Assembly: GCA_964016885.1 (NCBI GenBank)
Contig: OZ024762.1
Coordinates: 26,040,001 to 26,104,000 of the forward strand
DNA: 64,000 bases
Source of the DNA: Eledone cirrhosa
Lineage: Eukaryota
Direction: 5' to 3'
Made by a program: the position numbers and the translations under genes. Each line of letters begins with the position of its first letter. The stretch's first letter is position 1. Below, piece after piece: positions 39,801 through 54,610 of this stretch. The notes beneath the pieces are model-generated. The model made no database searches. It had not been told where the DNA came from and worked only from the letters and a program-made list of their open reading frames with translations.

Positions 39801-40619
39801 TGTTTTCACCACCTTTCTACGAAAACAGAGCAGTTGTTTTTCTTTTTTCTTTTTCCCTGGTGCTCAAGAGAAAAGATATTTTGGTAGATAAAGCCAAGAG
39901 AACTGAGTACGATATTCTGTTTTGATATGTCAGTAACGTTGGCGAAACTTCGAAGTAAATTGACACGAGTGACAATAGTCATAGTGATTGTATTTGTCCC
40001 ATTTTCTTTTTATTTTAATTTTTTCGAATCGATCGATAAGAGCCCAAACCTCATTCGCTGCTTACTTGGTGGAGTGGAACTCGTCAAATTGGACCAAGGA
40101 AACAATATTTCCATTGGTTTTTCCGTTTCTCATACTATCTACCAGTTGCAGCGCCTGGCAAAGGAGTAATGTGAAATAAATTGTCTTGCTCAAACGCAAA
40201 ATGTATTGCCCCGTCTGGGATTCGAACTCGCAACCTCACGATAGCGAATACAATTATTTAACGACTAAGACACGCGCCTTCACAAAACAAGCATACATAA
40301 ATAATTGTTTCTACTTTTGGTACAAGGCCAGCAATTACCCAGTACATTACTGGTACTTTATTTTATCGACCCCGTAAGGATGAAAGGCAAAGTTAACCTC
40401 GGCGGGATTTGAACTCAGACCGTAAAGGGACGTAACTAAATAATAAAGCCAAGTGCATTACTGGTGCTTTATTTTATCGACCTCATAAGCATGAAAGGCA
40501 AAGTTAACCTCGGCAAGATTTGAACTCACAACGTAAAGGACTATAACTCTGACGCTCTACCGATACTGCGATACTAATGTTGTGGGTTCCTGTGAACCCT
40601 CAACATTAGTATCGCAGTT

Positions 40620-41176
40620 TTTCCTGCGTTAAGTGTTATGTTCTTGAGCAAGACTCTTCATATCATGTTACTCCAGTATACTCAGCTGAAAATGAATACC
40701 AGGAATAGCTGGAGGTTAACCCTGCGATGGACAGTTACCCTGTCCAGGAGAAGTTTAGCCTGGTCTAGTGGTAAGGATGTTGGATTTAAGATCATAATGT
40801 AATGGGTTCGATTCCTGGACTGGGTTGTGTGTTGTGTTCTTGAGCAAAACACTTCATTTCACATTGCTCCAGTATACTCAGATCCACAATGGCTTCCTGT
40901 CCAGGAGGTGTCTATGTGGCTTAGTGGTAATGGTGTTGGTCTTATTATCACATTGTTGTGAGTTTGATTCCTGGACTGGGTTGCATGTTGGGTTGTTGAG
41001 CAAAACACTTGATTTTACATTGATCCAATATACTCAGCTTTAAATTAGTACCAGCAATAGCTGGATGATTAACCCTGCGATAGACTGGCGTCCTGTCCAG
41101 GGGGAGGGAGTCTTGTACTCTCAGTCGCCTCACGCCATGAAACCGGGATAAGCCTTCTGGCTCAAGACAGACTTTA
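40620..41176 (+). mobile_element. Family B (CORE-like) SINE fragments in tandem, followed by (GAT)n at 41177-41597
   Basis: ggttcgattcc B-box, tgtgttcttgagcaa.acactt, aaccctgcgat.gact, gaaaccgggataagc. Confidence 0.75.
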
Positions 41177-41728
41177 GATGATGATGATGATGATGATGAT
41201 GTTGACGAGAATAAACATAATGAAGTAGATGATAATGTTGATGTTGTTGATGATGATGGTGATGATCACGATACTGATGGCGATGGTGATGATGATGATA
41301 AAGTAAATATTTTTGATGATGATAATGATGATGGTGATGATGACAATGTTGGTGTTGTTGATGATGATGATGATAGTGAAGTAGTAGTAGTTGATGTTGT
41401 TGTTGATGATGATGATAATGATGACAATATCGATGTTGTTGATGATGTTGAAGTAGTAGTAGTTGATGTTGTTGTTGTTGATGATAATGATGATTATGTT
41501 GATGATGATGGAGAATGGCGTTCCCGATGATGTTGACGATGATGATGATGATAATGAAGTAGAAGTTGTTGATGATGATGATGATGATGATGATGCTGTT
41601 ATTCAAATTTATCTGTCAAACCTCTCTCCCCCAGGGTGATTGACAACTTTCCGTTTGAAGGCTATTTCTTATTTACCGCCATGTTTGATTTAGCTAGCAT
41701 TTTGTTGTTGTTTGTATTTGTTATAAAT

Positions 41729-41821
<93 letters not shown>

Positions 41822-42220
41822 CATACATACATAAATACTAATTATAATAATACAGTTTGCCTGTCTCGATTTAAAATAATAAATCAATGAAAACAAAGTA
41901 TATTGGCAAATGGCCGTGGTGCTTGGACAAATTTAAATTTCAAATCAAACCTGTTCCGTAGACTGGTTTAAACCTTAAAATCCAAATAAGTTTCGAAAAA
42001 TGGAAGTGAAAGAATACCGCATTTTGAAATTTAAATTTGTCCAAGCACCACGGCAATTTGCCAATATACTTTGTTTTCATTGATTTATTATTTTAAATCG
42101 AGACAGGCAAACTGTATTATTATAATTAGTATTTTTCAATCTAGCTAACTTAGTCATTTACAATACAAACATGTATATGTTGGTATTTGTGTTTATCAAA
42201 TATATTAATTTATATTAACT

Positions 42221-42299
<79 letters not shown>

Positions 42300-42300
42300 G

Positions 42301-42383
<83 letters not shown>

Positions 42384-42398
42384 GTATATATATGTATG

Positions 42399-42481
<83 letters not shown>

Positions 42482-42487
42482 GTATAT

Positions 42488-42562
<75 letters not shown>

Positions 42563-42569
42563 ATATATA

Positions 42570-44970
42570 TGTATAGTAATAATAACAAAATTGAAGACTA
42601 AAATCTTAAGAGGGCTCGATAAGGAAAATATATATCAAATATATAAGAACCGTAGAGCAAATATTTATTAAAATAACAGATTAAAGTTTAAGCAAAGAAT
42701 CGCTGCTTTCACCCTTAACGGGATCTTCTGAAACTAACAAAGTCAATCTGTAAACGCAGAACTGGATATTTCAAAAAACGCTGCAACCGGAGGAAGACAG
42801 GAAGACGATACTTTGGTTCGTGGAAACGTTCGCTGGCAAAGAACGGGGAAAAACGAATAATACGTCATTAATAGGAGCGGTGAAAAACAATTACGCGCAA
42901 AGACAGAACCACGTTTATGGTATAAAAGAGGTCGTAGGCTAATGTTCTCTTAGGTGGTGCATAGAGACGTTCTCTGGCAATGAACGAAAAAACGAAGATA
43001 ATAAGTCATATATGTAGCGTAGAGAACAATAGCACGCAAAGACAAAACCACGTAAATGGTATAACAGAAGTTGTAGACTAAAATTCTAACTAGGAGACCA
43101 AATGAATCTCCGCTACAGAGTTAAGAACAAAGTAAATAAATACAATACAGAAGTAATAGAAACAAATAAATACATACACGCAAACAGATACGTACATACA
43201 CAAGGATACGCAAAACCTTACCATAGGTATACAAAACCACGCACATATAAATATGTGTGTGTTTGTATGCTTGTGTACAAATAAATAAATAATTATATAA
43301 ACGTATATAAGTAAATAAATACGTATATAACAAGCTCACACAAATTTCTTACTCTACGACTCCTACCCTTGCACATAACATCACAGCTTCAAATTTAGCT
43401 AAATTACCTAGCCGTAGGAACACGTGCAACCCTGTAGTTAGTACTAACTGTAATTGTAGGAATCGGGCTGATTGCCCCCTATCCGGGAAATGCCTCTCTA
43501 GTAACATTGTCTACAAATGTAAGGTTGTAACACCCACGTCCCGTAGGGCCTACATAGGGTTAACCGCCAATAGTTTCAAGCAGCGTCTTTACATGCATAC
43601 CCATTCTTTTCTTTACCCTCTAAGAAGGAATATGACGTCACTTTCAGCTTATATCTGGAGTCTAAAAGACAACCACACCCAATATAAGTTACACTGGGAG
43701 ATCCTAGCTAGGGCTAGATCGTATAACGGAAATAAAAGACCATGTGACCTCTGCACCGCTGAGGCCCTGGAAATACTCTACGCCACAGACCACATCTTAA
43801 ACAAAAAATCTGAGGCAATTTCGGCTTGTAAACATAAATTGCACAAAACTTTCCTGTATTACAGCCCCACGTTATACCCTAACGGATAGCACGATCTATA
43901 CGTGGATATTTTACGTCTTGATGTGGGAGCTAAGTATATGTTGTGTTTATTCCTTTACTTATTTGCATAGGTAAGTATATATTACCCGTATGTTTTGTGA
44001 AGGTATGTATACCTTCTCGTACGTATATTTGACTGTTATGGCGTATAATTTTTACATATTCTGGTATTTAGGGTTTGGCTATGTGTATACGGGAGTTTTG
44101 CGTCTGCTTGAGTATGCAGGTTCGTACGTATGGTGGGTGTGTGTATATGTGTACTTCTTGTTTTAGTTGACTTACGTCTCCGAACATTCGTGTATTTATT
44201 TGTAGGTATGTGTGTGCGCTTGTTATATACGTATTTATTTACTTATATACGTTTATATAATTATTTATTTATTTGTACACAAGCATACACACACACACAT
44301 ATTTATATGTGCGTGGTTTTGTATACCTATGGTAAGGTTTTGCGTATGCTTGTGTATGTACGTATCTGTTTGCGTGTATGTATTTATTTGTTTCTATTAC
44401 TTCTGTATTGTATTTATTTACTATGTTCTTAACTCTGTAGCGGAGATTCATTTGGTCTCCTAGTTAGAATGTTAGTCTACAACTTCTGCTATACCATTTA
44501 CGTGGTTTTGTCTTTGCGTGCTATTGTTCTCGACGCTCCACATATGACTTATTATCTTCGTTTTTTTCGTTCATTGCCAGAGAACGTCTCTATGCACCAC
44601 CTGAGAGAACATTAGTCTACGATCTCTTTTATACCATATACGTGTTTCTGTCTTTGCGCGTAATTGTTTTTCACCGCTCCTATTAATGATGTATTTTTCC
44701 CGTTCTTTGCCAGCGAACGTTTCCACGAACCAAAGTATCGTCTTCCTGTCTTCCTCCGGTTGCAACATTTTTTGAAATATCCAGTTCTGCGTTTACAGAT
44801 TGACTTTGTTACTTTCAGAAGATCCCATTAAAGGTGAAAGCAGCGATTCTTTGCTTAAACTTTAATCTGTTATTTTAATAAATATTTGCTCTACGGTTCT
44901 TATATATTTGATATATATTTTCCTTATCGAGCCCTCTTTGGATTTTAGTCTTCAATTTTATTATTATTAC
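42570..44970 (+). mobile_element. 5'-truncated Penelope-like element with an inverted pseudo-LTR, in (TA)n
   Basis: GIY-YIG end at 43440-43889 (CNCR..CPLSGKC..IVYKC..YIGLT..FKQR..CDLC..LNKKSE..CKH); 42570-43340 is the reverse complement of 44205-44970. Confidence 0.88.
42685..42735 (-). ncRNA. Hammerhead-like motif with CAGAAGA core in the pLTR (also about 44811-44861 + and about 63571-63622 -)
   Basis: Reverse complement: agttt CAGAAGA t ccc gttaa ggg t GAA AGCA gcgattctt TGCT T aaact. Confidence 0.55.
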
Positions 44971-44997
44971 TATATATATATATGTGTGTATATATGT

Positions 44998-45210
<213 letters not shown>

Positions 45211-45404
45211 ACGAAGGAAATGTGGTAAGGAACGAAGTGGACCATAACGCACCAAAGTACTCAATACTTGAGGTAGTAGAGTGGGTAATAGGAACCAGTA
45301 AGACCCCGACAGCTGAGCTCAAGCCGTTTCGACGGCTAATTCATTTTTAGTCCAGAATTAGCCGTCGAAACGGCTTGAGCTCAGCTGTCGGGGTCTTACT
45401 GGTT

Positions 45405-45499
<95 letters not shown>

Positions 45500-45892
45500 G
45501 TATATATATATATGTATATATATGTATATATATATATATATATGTATATATATGAATTATAAGAATCAAAGAACTGTTCAAAACATTTTCATTCTTACAA
45601 CTGTTTCCTCCAAACCGAGGTTTGGATTCTTCGGAGCAATTTATTATTGAATGAACACTTATATGACCTTCTTATCACCCAAGAGAAATGTTTTGAACAG
45701 TTCTTTGATTCTTATAATTCATATAACTTCTCTGTAAATCATCTGATGTTTTTACATTGACCTATTTAGCTTGCTGGTAATAAGGTAGTAATATATTACT
45801 GCCTACCACTATTTAGGGTTTATATAAAAATATATGTAACTGCAAAAGGTTATTGTATTTGCATAACCATGAATAGTATAATTAATACTATG

Positions 45893-45983
<91 letters not shown>

Positions 45984-46046
45984 GTATATATATATGTATA
46001 TATATATATGTATATATATATGTATATATATATATGTATATATATA

Positions 46047-46157
<111 letters not shown>

Positions 46158-46705
46158 GAATAAATATATACTTATATATATATATATATATATGTGTATA
46201 TATATATATGTATATACGGGAGAGATGACCCCTTAGCCTTTGTCAAGGCAGAATTCTAGGAGAAGGAAAACTGATATAACACCTGCAGCCCTGATGGTAT
46301 CCAATGATGTTGACTTGTTCTTCTTTTTGGTAAATATCATCTTGGTTAAGAGAGTGGGACTGGCTTTGTGCATTGCCTTTGCTCACTATAAAAGCTTCAC
46401 AGCACAGGCATTGCTTTATATCTGGAGATCTCTCTGCACTTGTCGTCACATGGTACTATGGGCCCTGTACTATGTGTCAATAGTGGTCACAAGTGTAGTG
46501 TTTGTACCAGAGTTTTCAAGTCGCTGGCTGGACTAAAAAGTCACACTCGTTCAGCGCATCGGTAGGGGTTCTCCTACATGGATATAAAGTAGTGGCCGTA
46601 CTCGAAAACGAGTTGGCAGCCACCATATATATATATGTATATATATATACTTATATATATATATATATATATGTGTATATATATATATATGTATATATAT
46701 ATATG

Positions 46706-46737
<32 letters not shown>

Positions 46738-46757
46738 TATATGTATATATATATATG

Positions 46758-46806
<49 letters not shown>

Positions 46807-46822
46807 GTATATATATATATAT

Positions 46823-47040
46823 GTGAAGGCGTGTGGCTGAGTGGTTAGAGAATTGGATTCACAATCGTAAGGTTGTGAGTTCGATCCCTGGACCAGGCGA
46901 TGCGTTATGTCCTTGAGCAAGACACTTTATTTCACGTTGCTCCTTCTACCTGGAGTTGCGACCGATAGATAGTATTAGCAATTGGAAAGAGCAACGGAAA
47001 CATTGTTCCCTCGGTTCGATTTGACGAAAGTCGATCGATT
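46823..47040 (+). mobile_element. Family B SINE head with a distinct 3' tail, in (TA)n (also 58779-58995 + and about 40030-40285 -)
   Basis: tggctgagtgg A-box, gagttcgatcc B-box, tgtccttgagcaagacact, shared tail of about 100 bp. Confidence 0.8.
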
Positions 47041-47099
47041 AGAGATATATATATATGTATATATACATATGTATATATATATGTATATATATATATATG

Positions 47100-47130
<31 letters not shown>

Positions 47131-47359
47131 GTATATATGTATATATATATGTATATATATGTATATATGTATATATGTATATATATATATGTATATATGT
47201 AGATATATATATATGTATATGTATATATATATATACGCATATATGTATATGTATATATATATGTATATATGTATATATATATGTATATATATATATTTGT
47301 ATATATATATGTATATATATATATATGTATGTATATATATATATGTATGTATATATATA

Positions 47360-47392
<33 letters not shown>

Positions 47393-47401
47393 ATATATAT
47401 G

Positions 47402-47434
<33 letters not shown>

Positions 47435-47473
47435 GTATGTATATGTATATATATGTATGTATATATATATATG

Positions 47474-47504
<31 letters not shown>

Positions 47505-47530
47505 GTATATATGTTTATACATATATATGT

Positions 47531-47572
<42 letters not shown>

Positions 47573-47671
47573 GTAGATATATATATATGTATATATGTAT
47601 ATATATATATGTATATATGTATATATATATATATATATGTACATATATATATATATGTATATATATATATG

Positions 47672-47793
<122 letters not shown>

Positions 47794-48452
47794 TATACAT
47801 ATATACATGGATATATATATATATATATATATATAGATATATATATATATATATATATTGAGTTAGAAACTAAAAATAGTCTTTTACAATTAATTAGCTC
47901 AAGGAAAGGAATCTTGCCGAGCCGTGTAATACAATTGAATATATGAGAGGGCTGAACACCGATACAAACATACACGTGTTCGAATAGCAAATGACCAAGT
48001 TAGCTAGGTTGAAAAATACTAATTTAAAACAATATGGTTTGCCTGTCTCGATTTAAAGTAATAAATCAATAACAATAACAAACCTATATTGGAGAATCAC
48101 CGTTGATATCCGGACAGATCTAAATCTGTTCCGCAACAATTATTAAATGAAAGTCACAATTCCTGTGCTCTTCTGCGGGTATCCAGGAAATGTGTACCTT
48201 TCACTTCAAAAGATAACTTTAACGGCGATTGCCCAATATAGGTTTGTTATTTTTATTGATTTATTATTTTAAATCGAGACAGGCAAACCATATTGTTTTA
48301 AATTAGTATTTTTCAACCTAGCTAACTTGGTCATTTGCAATTCGAACACATATATATATATATCTACTAGCAGAAAGGCCCGGCGTTGCTCGGGATTTGC
48401 TCTAGTGTTCTTATATATTTGATATATATTTATCCTTATCGAGCCTAGTGAA

Positions 48453-48557
<105 letters not shown>

Positions 48558-48728
48558 AATGTAATATATGATATATATATATATATAATATAATATATAT
48601 ATATGTATATATAGTGTATTTTGCAATACACTATATGCTTAATTAAAAGCATTTCGAAGACCTTACGCTATTGTTTTAGAGTAGTGACAATGTCACTTAC
48701 TTTAATTTTCAGCAAACAGGGGAGATAA

Positions 48729-48773
48729 AGCTGACAGACCTCTGTTTCGCAGTTTTTGGTGCTTATCAAAGCT
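48729..48773 (-). ncRNA. Type I hammerhead, C3U/G8A variant
   Basis: Reverse complement: agct TTGATAA gca..tgc GAA ACAG aggt CTGT C agct. Confidence 0.7.
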
Positions 48774-48812
48774 AACTACTCCTCCTGTTTGCTGAAAATC
48801 ATGAATGTTTGA

Positions 48813-48852
<40 letters not shown>

Positions 48853-49136
48853 TATAGACATACATATGTGTATGATGTGTATATGCTCAGGTCATTGTAT
48901 GTTATTCATGGTAGACAAGGAGAGAGGGGGGAAAGCTTAAGTGGCGTTCATTTTATTTGAGATGTGTATATACATGTATATTAGTTTATGTACAATAGTT
49001 GGGCTGGGGCCGGGGAGGCGGTAGTGGAGGGATTTGATCGTAACACTTCGTCAACTATATTACACTTAAACAGTTCTTCGGATTGACATTCAAATAACAG
49101 TTAATTCTGATGAGTCAGCACACAATATATATATAT

Positions 49137-49171
<35 letters not shown>

Positions 49172-49227
49172 TAGAATCAATGTATATATATACATATATA
49201 TTGTGTGTGTGTGTATGTGAGTGGGCG

Positions 49228-49259
<32 letters not shown>

Positions 49260-49295
49260 CACGCAGACACAAATGCAAATATATGTATAAATGCA

Positions 49296-52200
49296 TGGCC
49301 CCAGGGCAATTTAGCACCCTGGACGCCTTCGTCGATGCCAGCCGTAGCGCAGTAAATCGTTTCGACTTCCGCCACCGTTCCAAATGGTACAATATCTCAC
49401 GGGGCGAACTCCTCACTCTCTGCTCCCTCCGTAGCCGAGATGACATCGTCATCAAACCGGCGGACAAGGGAGGCGCCGTAGTGGTGTGGCGCGCGGACCT
49501 CTACACGGCCGAATCCCTCAGGCAGCTCTGTAACCCCCTCTTCTACCGCCCTCTACCCTCCGATCCTACCCCCCTCTACCAACAACAAGTCTCCTCCACC
49601 ATCAAAGACCTTATCGCCTCCTCCCTCCTCCCCCCACCGCTTCCCACCTCATTGTCCGCACCCCCCGCACCCCCACCATCTACTTCCTCCCCAAACTCCA
49701 CAAACCCGACAACCCCGGCCGCCCCATCGTCTCCGCTTGCAACTGCCCCATCGAACTCATCTCCGCTTTTCTCGACTCCATCCTCGCCCCCCTTGTCACC
49801 ACGCTCCCCTCCCACATCTCCGACACCAACCACGCCCTGCGCCTTTTCGACTCCTTCACCTAGCCACCCGGCCCACAGCCCTTCCTCTTCACCCTAGACA
49901 TCAAGTCCCTCTATACCGTCATCCCCCACGCCGACGGCCTACGCGCCCTCAAACACTACCTCGACCTTCGCCCCTCCCCCATTCCTTCCACCCCCACCCA
50001 CCTTCGCCTCGCCGAGCTGGTCCTCACCCTCAATTGTTTCTCCTTCTCGGGTGAGTTTTACCAACAGGTCACGGGGGTAGCCATGTGTACAAGAATGGGC
50101 CCGAACTATGCCAACCTTTTTGTTGGCCATGTTGAGGCCCAAATCTTTGCAGTACACCGGCCCCACGCCCGAACTGTACGGTCGTTACATTGACGACTGT
50201 ATCGGAGCCACGACCCTCACCCGAGAACAGCTCGACTCCTTTCTCTCCTTCTTCTGCTCCTTCCACCCCTCCCTCCACTTCACCACCTCTATCTCCACCA
50301 CCCACGTCTACTTCTTAGACATATCCGTCGCCTTCGACCCCTCCCACCACTCCCTCGTCACCTCCGCCTTCTTCAAACCTACCGACTCCCACTCTTACCT
50401 CGACTTCACCTCTTCCCACTCCACACACACTAAACATTCCATTCCCTACTCCCAACTTCTCTGTAGCCGAGATGCTGACTTCGAGTCCCAGGCCCTTTCC
50501 TTAGTCAGCCATTTCATCCGCAGAGGTTACCCCCCCCCCCCCTTTCTCTCGTCCACGCCTCTCTCACCCGCGCCCGTGCTGTCCCCCGCTCCACCACCCT
50601 CACCCCACGCTACCGCATACCCACCCACCGTCTCCCCTTCCCCATCACCTACCACCCCTCCCCCTTACCCCACCACCGCACCATCCGCCGCCTCTTCCGA
50701 CGCCTCCAGTCCGACCCCTCCACCTCCCACAACTTCCCAACCCCACCACTCCCCTCCTTCAAACGCGCACGCAATCTCCGCACCCTCCTCGTCCACAGCT
50801 CCCTACCCCAGAACCCACGCTCTGTTTCCCCCCCGGTTCCTTTCCCTGTTCTAGGCCCCGCTGCAACACCTGTCCCCACATCACCAACACCACCACCTTC
50901 CAGGGTCCCAACGGCCACTCTCTCTCTGTCCGGTATGCCTTCCGCTGCACCTCCTCCAACCTAGTCTACGGACTTATGTCGGACAGACGGGACGTCGCCT
51001 GGCGGACCGATTCATTGAGCACCTCCGGGATATTCGTCTCGGTGGTAGTTCCCCCATCGCCCGCCACTTTGGTGGCCCTGGACATTCCACACGCCATCTC
51101 ACAGTCTGTGGCCTATTCCAATGCCACGGAACACCCGCCAATCGCCTTAGAGTCGAACAAAGAATTATCTTCATCTTACAGACCCACACTCCCCCCGGCC
51201 TGAACTCCCCACCCTTATTCCTTTAGCCTTCGACCGCCCCCCTCCCCCACACTTATCCCCCACTAACACCACTAACACACCCCTCCTTTTCACCGCCCAC
51301 CCCACAGCTAACAATACTAACACCTCCACTCCACCCCTCATCCGACCACACTTCCCCAACTAACATACTAACATCCCTCCCTTCTTCTCCTCCTCCTCCC
51401 TCCTTATCACACGCACACACCCACCGGCACATATATACACGCGCTCACACTAAACACACACCCTACTACCACCACTAACCCTCACCCCCACACCTCCATC
51501 CCACCACACCGCAACTAACCTCACTAACACCCCCTGACCCCAAGCACACGAACACACGCACCCACTTACACCACCCACCCCACACGCAACTAACATCACT
51601 AACACCCCCCAACCCCACGCACACGTACCCACACACCCTCGTACACCACCAACTCTACACACCCTACCACCACTAACCCCCACTCACACCTGCATTCAAC
51701 CCTTCCCCACCTCCCGTATACTAACACCTAGTAACACCCCTTCATCAAACTACACACACACCAGTACACCACACTCCCTCCATAGAACTACACACACCCT
51801 TCTCTCCCCGCTCCACCCACACCCTCGCTCCACACTCACTCATCCCACTAACACCTCTACTAATACACACACACCCTCCTCACTCCAACTTTCACACCTA
51901 CCCATCCTCGCCCCTTTACCATTCCAGCAACTGCTGCTATGCCCTCTGACCACCTCCCAGCACAAACAGACACACAGCACTCCCACTGCTTGACCACTTC
52001 CTGTTGCGCGCGCACCCCACATCTCTCCTCTTCCAACCATCTCTTCATGGAATATTCGTATGTGGAACTTGACCACCACAGAATCCACTAAACATCATAG
52101 GATTTTACCAACTTTTCAACCATCCTCTTACGGAATCACCTATATAACTCACCCACACACACAACCCCCAAACAATTTTTTTCTCCACACTCCACCTACA

Positions 52201-52834
52201 CCCACAACAGGCTTAAACACCACACACACGTGCTTTCCACCACATATTTACACCCTCAGCCTCCTGATTCCTCTCCCCCCACTCCTCTATCCACACACGC
52301 ACATACACTCCAACCTACAACCCCCCCGCACACACCTCTTCCTGAACATGCAACCCCGTTCTTCCCCCAACCCTTACTTTCACATACACACACACACACA
52401 CACACACACGTACACCTACACACACACACCACCTTCAGCCCTCCCCGCTCGGACACCCCGTGTCTCCCTCTCCCCACTCCACCCGCCACCACCCCTACAC
52501 ACCCCACACCCTTCCACCACCTGTTTTACCCCCCCTTTAATTTCAGTTTATTTTGATCATGCTTTTATATTTAATTTTATTTCATTCCTTGTATTTTGAT
52601 CATGCTTTATTTTTATTTTTATTTTTAATTTCATTCGCACCGTTTCCTTTCGCTATATGTCTCTCCACCACTCCCCTACACACCCTTTGAACTCTGTTCC
52701 CACACACTTCTCACCTGAGGAAGGGCTTATGCCCGAAACGTCGTTCCCCACCACCAGCCCACTCTCCAGAGCGTGAAATTAATAAACATTCGTTGTACTG
52801 CCTCTCTGTTTTGTTCCTCTGTTCAAATTTGTCC

Positions 52835-52837
<3 letters not shown>
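49296..52837 (+). mobile_element. Penelope-like retroelement (Neptune-like): RT plus GIY-YIG, frameshifted, long C-rich 3' region
   Basis: IKPADKGGAVV, YFLPKLHKP..PGRPIVS, LDIKSLYT, MGPNYANLF, RYIDD, FLDISV, KPTDSHSYL, C..PRCNTC, CTSSNLVY, YVGQTGRRLADRF.EH; HHR at 52715; AATAAA at 52781; (TA)n on both sides. Confidence 0.92.
52711..52746 (+). ncRNA. Minimal hammerhead motif at the PLE 3' end
   Basis: CTGAGGA a gggc ttat gccc GAA ACGT C; stem I is weak. Confidence 0.65.
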
Positions 52838-52883
<46 letters not shown>

Positions 52884-52885
<2 letters not shown>

Positions 52886-53122
52886 AAGGCGGGTAAAATT
52901 CCCGAGATCCATGGACGAGTTCTCTCCAGCGGTCTCTGTCCCTCATTATCGCTGCCATATCCTGCATCTCCAACAGACCAGTGTCTGTCCTTAGGGCATC
53001 AACATATGTTAACCTTGGTCTTCCACTTCTAGTGTGTCCATGTAGGGGCTCCCAAAGGAGCACTGAGTGCAATGTCAACTCTGGATGTCGGTGAGCATGT
53101 CCAGCCAACCTCAGTCCAGCCA
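52884..53122 (-). pseudogene. RTE-clade LINE 3' fragment
   Basis: LRLAGH..R..VLLWEP..GRPRLTYVD..MRDRDRWR. Confidence 0.8.
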
Positions 53123-53169
53123 ATATATATATATATGTCCAGCCAATATATATATATATATATATATAT

Positions 53170-54215
53170 TTATTTGTATACACGCATACACACACACACA
53201 TATTTATATGCGCGTGGTTTTGTGTACCTATGGTAAGTGTTTTCGCGTATGCTTGTGTATGTACGTATTTGTTTGCGTGTATGTATTTATTTAATTTCTA
53301 TTACTTCTGTATTGTATTTATTACTTTGTTTTTAACTCTGAACCGGAGATTCATTTGGTCTCCTAGTTAGAATTTTAGTCTACGACTTCTGCTATACCAT
53401 TTACGTGGTTTTGTCTTTGCGTGCAATTGTTCTCCCGCTCCACATATGACGTAATATCTTCGTTTTTTTCGTTCATAGCCAGAGAACGTCTAGATGAACC
53501 ACCTAAGATAACATTAGTCTACGACCTTTTTTATACCATAAACGTGGCTTTGTCTTTGCGTGTAATTGTTTGTCACCGTTCCTATTAATGACGTATTATC
53601 TTCGTTTTTTACGTTCATTGCCAGAGAACGTCTCTATGAACCACCTAAGAGAACATTAGTCTACGACCTTTTTATACCATAAACGTGGTTCTGTCTTTGC
53701 GCGTAATTGTTTTTTTACCGCTCCTATTAATGACGTATTATATTCGTTTTTTAGGGCGGTGAATTGGCAGTATCGGTAAAGGGTCGGACGCCATGCTTTC
53801 TAGCATAGTTACGTCCCTTTACGATCTGAGTTGAAATCCCGCCGAAGTTGACTTTGCCTTTTATCCTTACGGGGTCGATAAAATAAAGTACCAGTAATGC
53901 ACTGGGTAATTGCTGGCCTTGTGCCTAACGTAGAAACAATTATATTCGTTTTTTCCCGTTCTTTGCCAGAGAACGTTTCCACGAACCAATGTATCGTCTT
54001 CCTGTCTTCCTCCGGTTGCAACGTTTTTTGAAATATCCACTTCTGCGTTTACAGATTGACTTTGTTAGTTTAAGGGTGAAAGCAGCCATTCTTTGCTTAA
54101 ACTTTAATCTGTTATTTTAATAAATATTTGCTCTACGGTTCTTCTATATTTGATATATATTCATCCTTATCGAGCCCTGTTTGGATTTTAGTCTTCAAAT
54201 TTATTACTATTACTA
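53170..54215 (+). mobile_element. pLTR copy of the 42570-44970 PLE family, interrupted by a SINE
   Basis: Homologous to 44265-44970; internal tandem subrepeats. Confidence 0.85.
53753..53938 (+). mobile_element. Full-length family A SINE with 16-bp TSD
   Basis: TSD attatattcgtttttt at 53737-53752 and 53939-53954. Confidence 0.92.
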
Positions 54216-54326
54216 TATATATATATATATATAACAAAGGAAATGTGGTAAGGAACCAGATGTACCATATCGCACCAGAGTACTCAATACTTAGAATAGT
54301 AGAGTGGGAAATAGGAAAAAGTATGA

Positions 54327-54420
54327 CCCCGACGGCAGAGCTCAAGCCGTTTCGACAGCTATTTCTGGACTAAATTAGAATTTTTAGCCTGGTGAATAAA
54401 TAGCCGAACTTGTCAAGGGA
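54327..54420 (-). ncRNA. Type I hammerhead, C3U/G8A variant, long stem II
   Basis: Reverse complement: tccc TTGACAA g..ggctattt..aaatagct.. GAA ACGGC ttgagctct GCCGT C gggg. Confidence 0.7.
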
Positions 54421-54544
54421 GTACTTCCTTACATGGGAAGATTGTAGTTGTCAGGAGGATTGGTTAAAATTTGCATACGGTATTTGGCAAATAACTACAT
54501 GTATCACCTATCCCTCCTTTTCTCTCTCTCTCGATACGTAAATA

Positions 54545-54610
<66 letters not shown>

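Noticed and set aside
46823-46900. tRNA gene
   Set aside because: The tRNA-like head runs directly into a SINE body and has no proper acceptor stem; treated as a SINE
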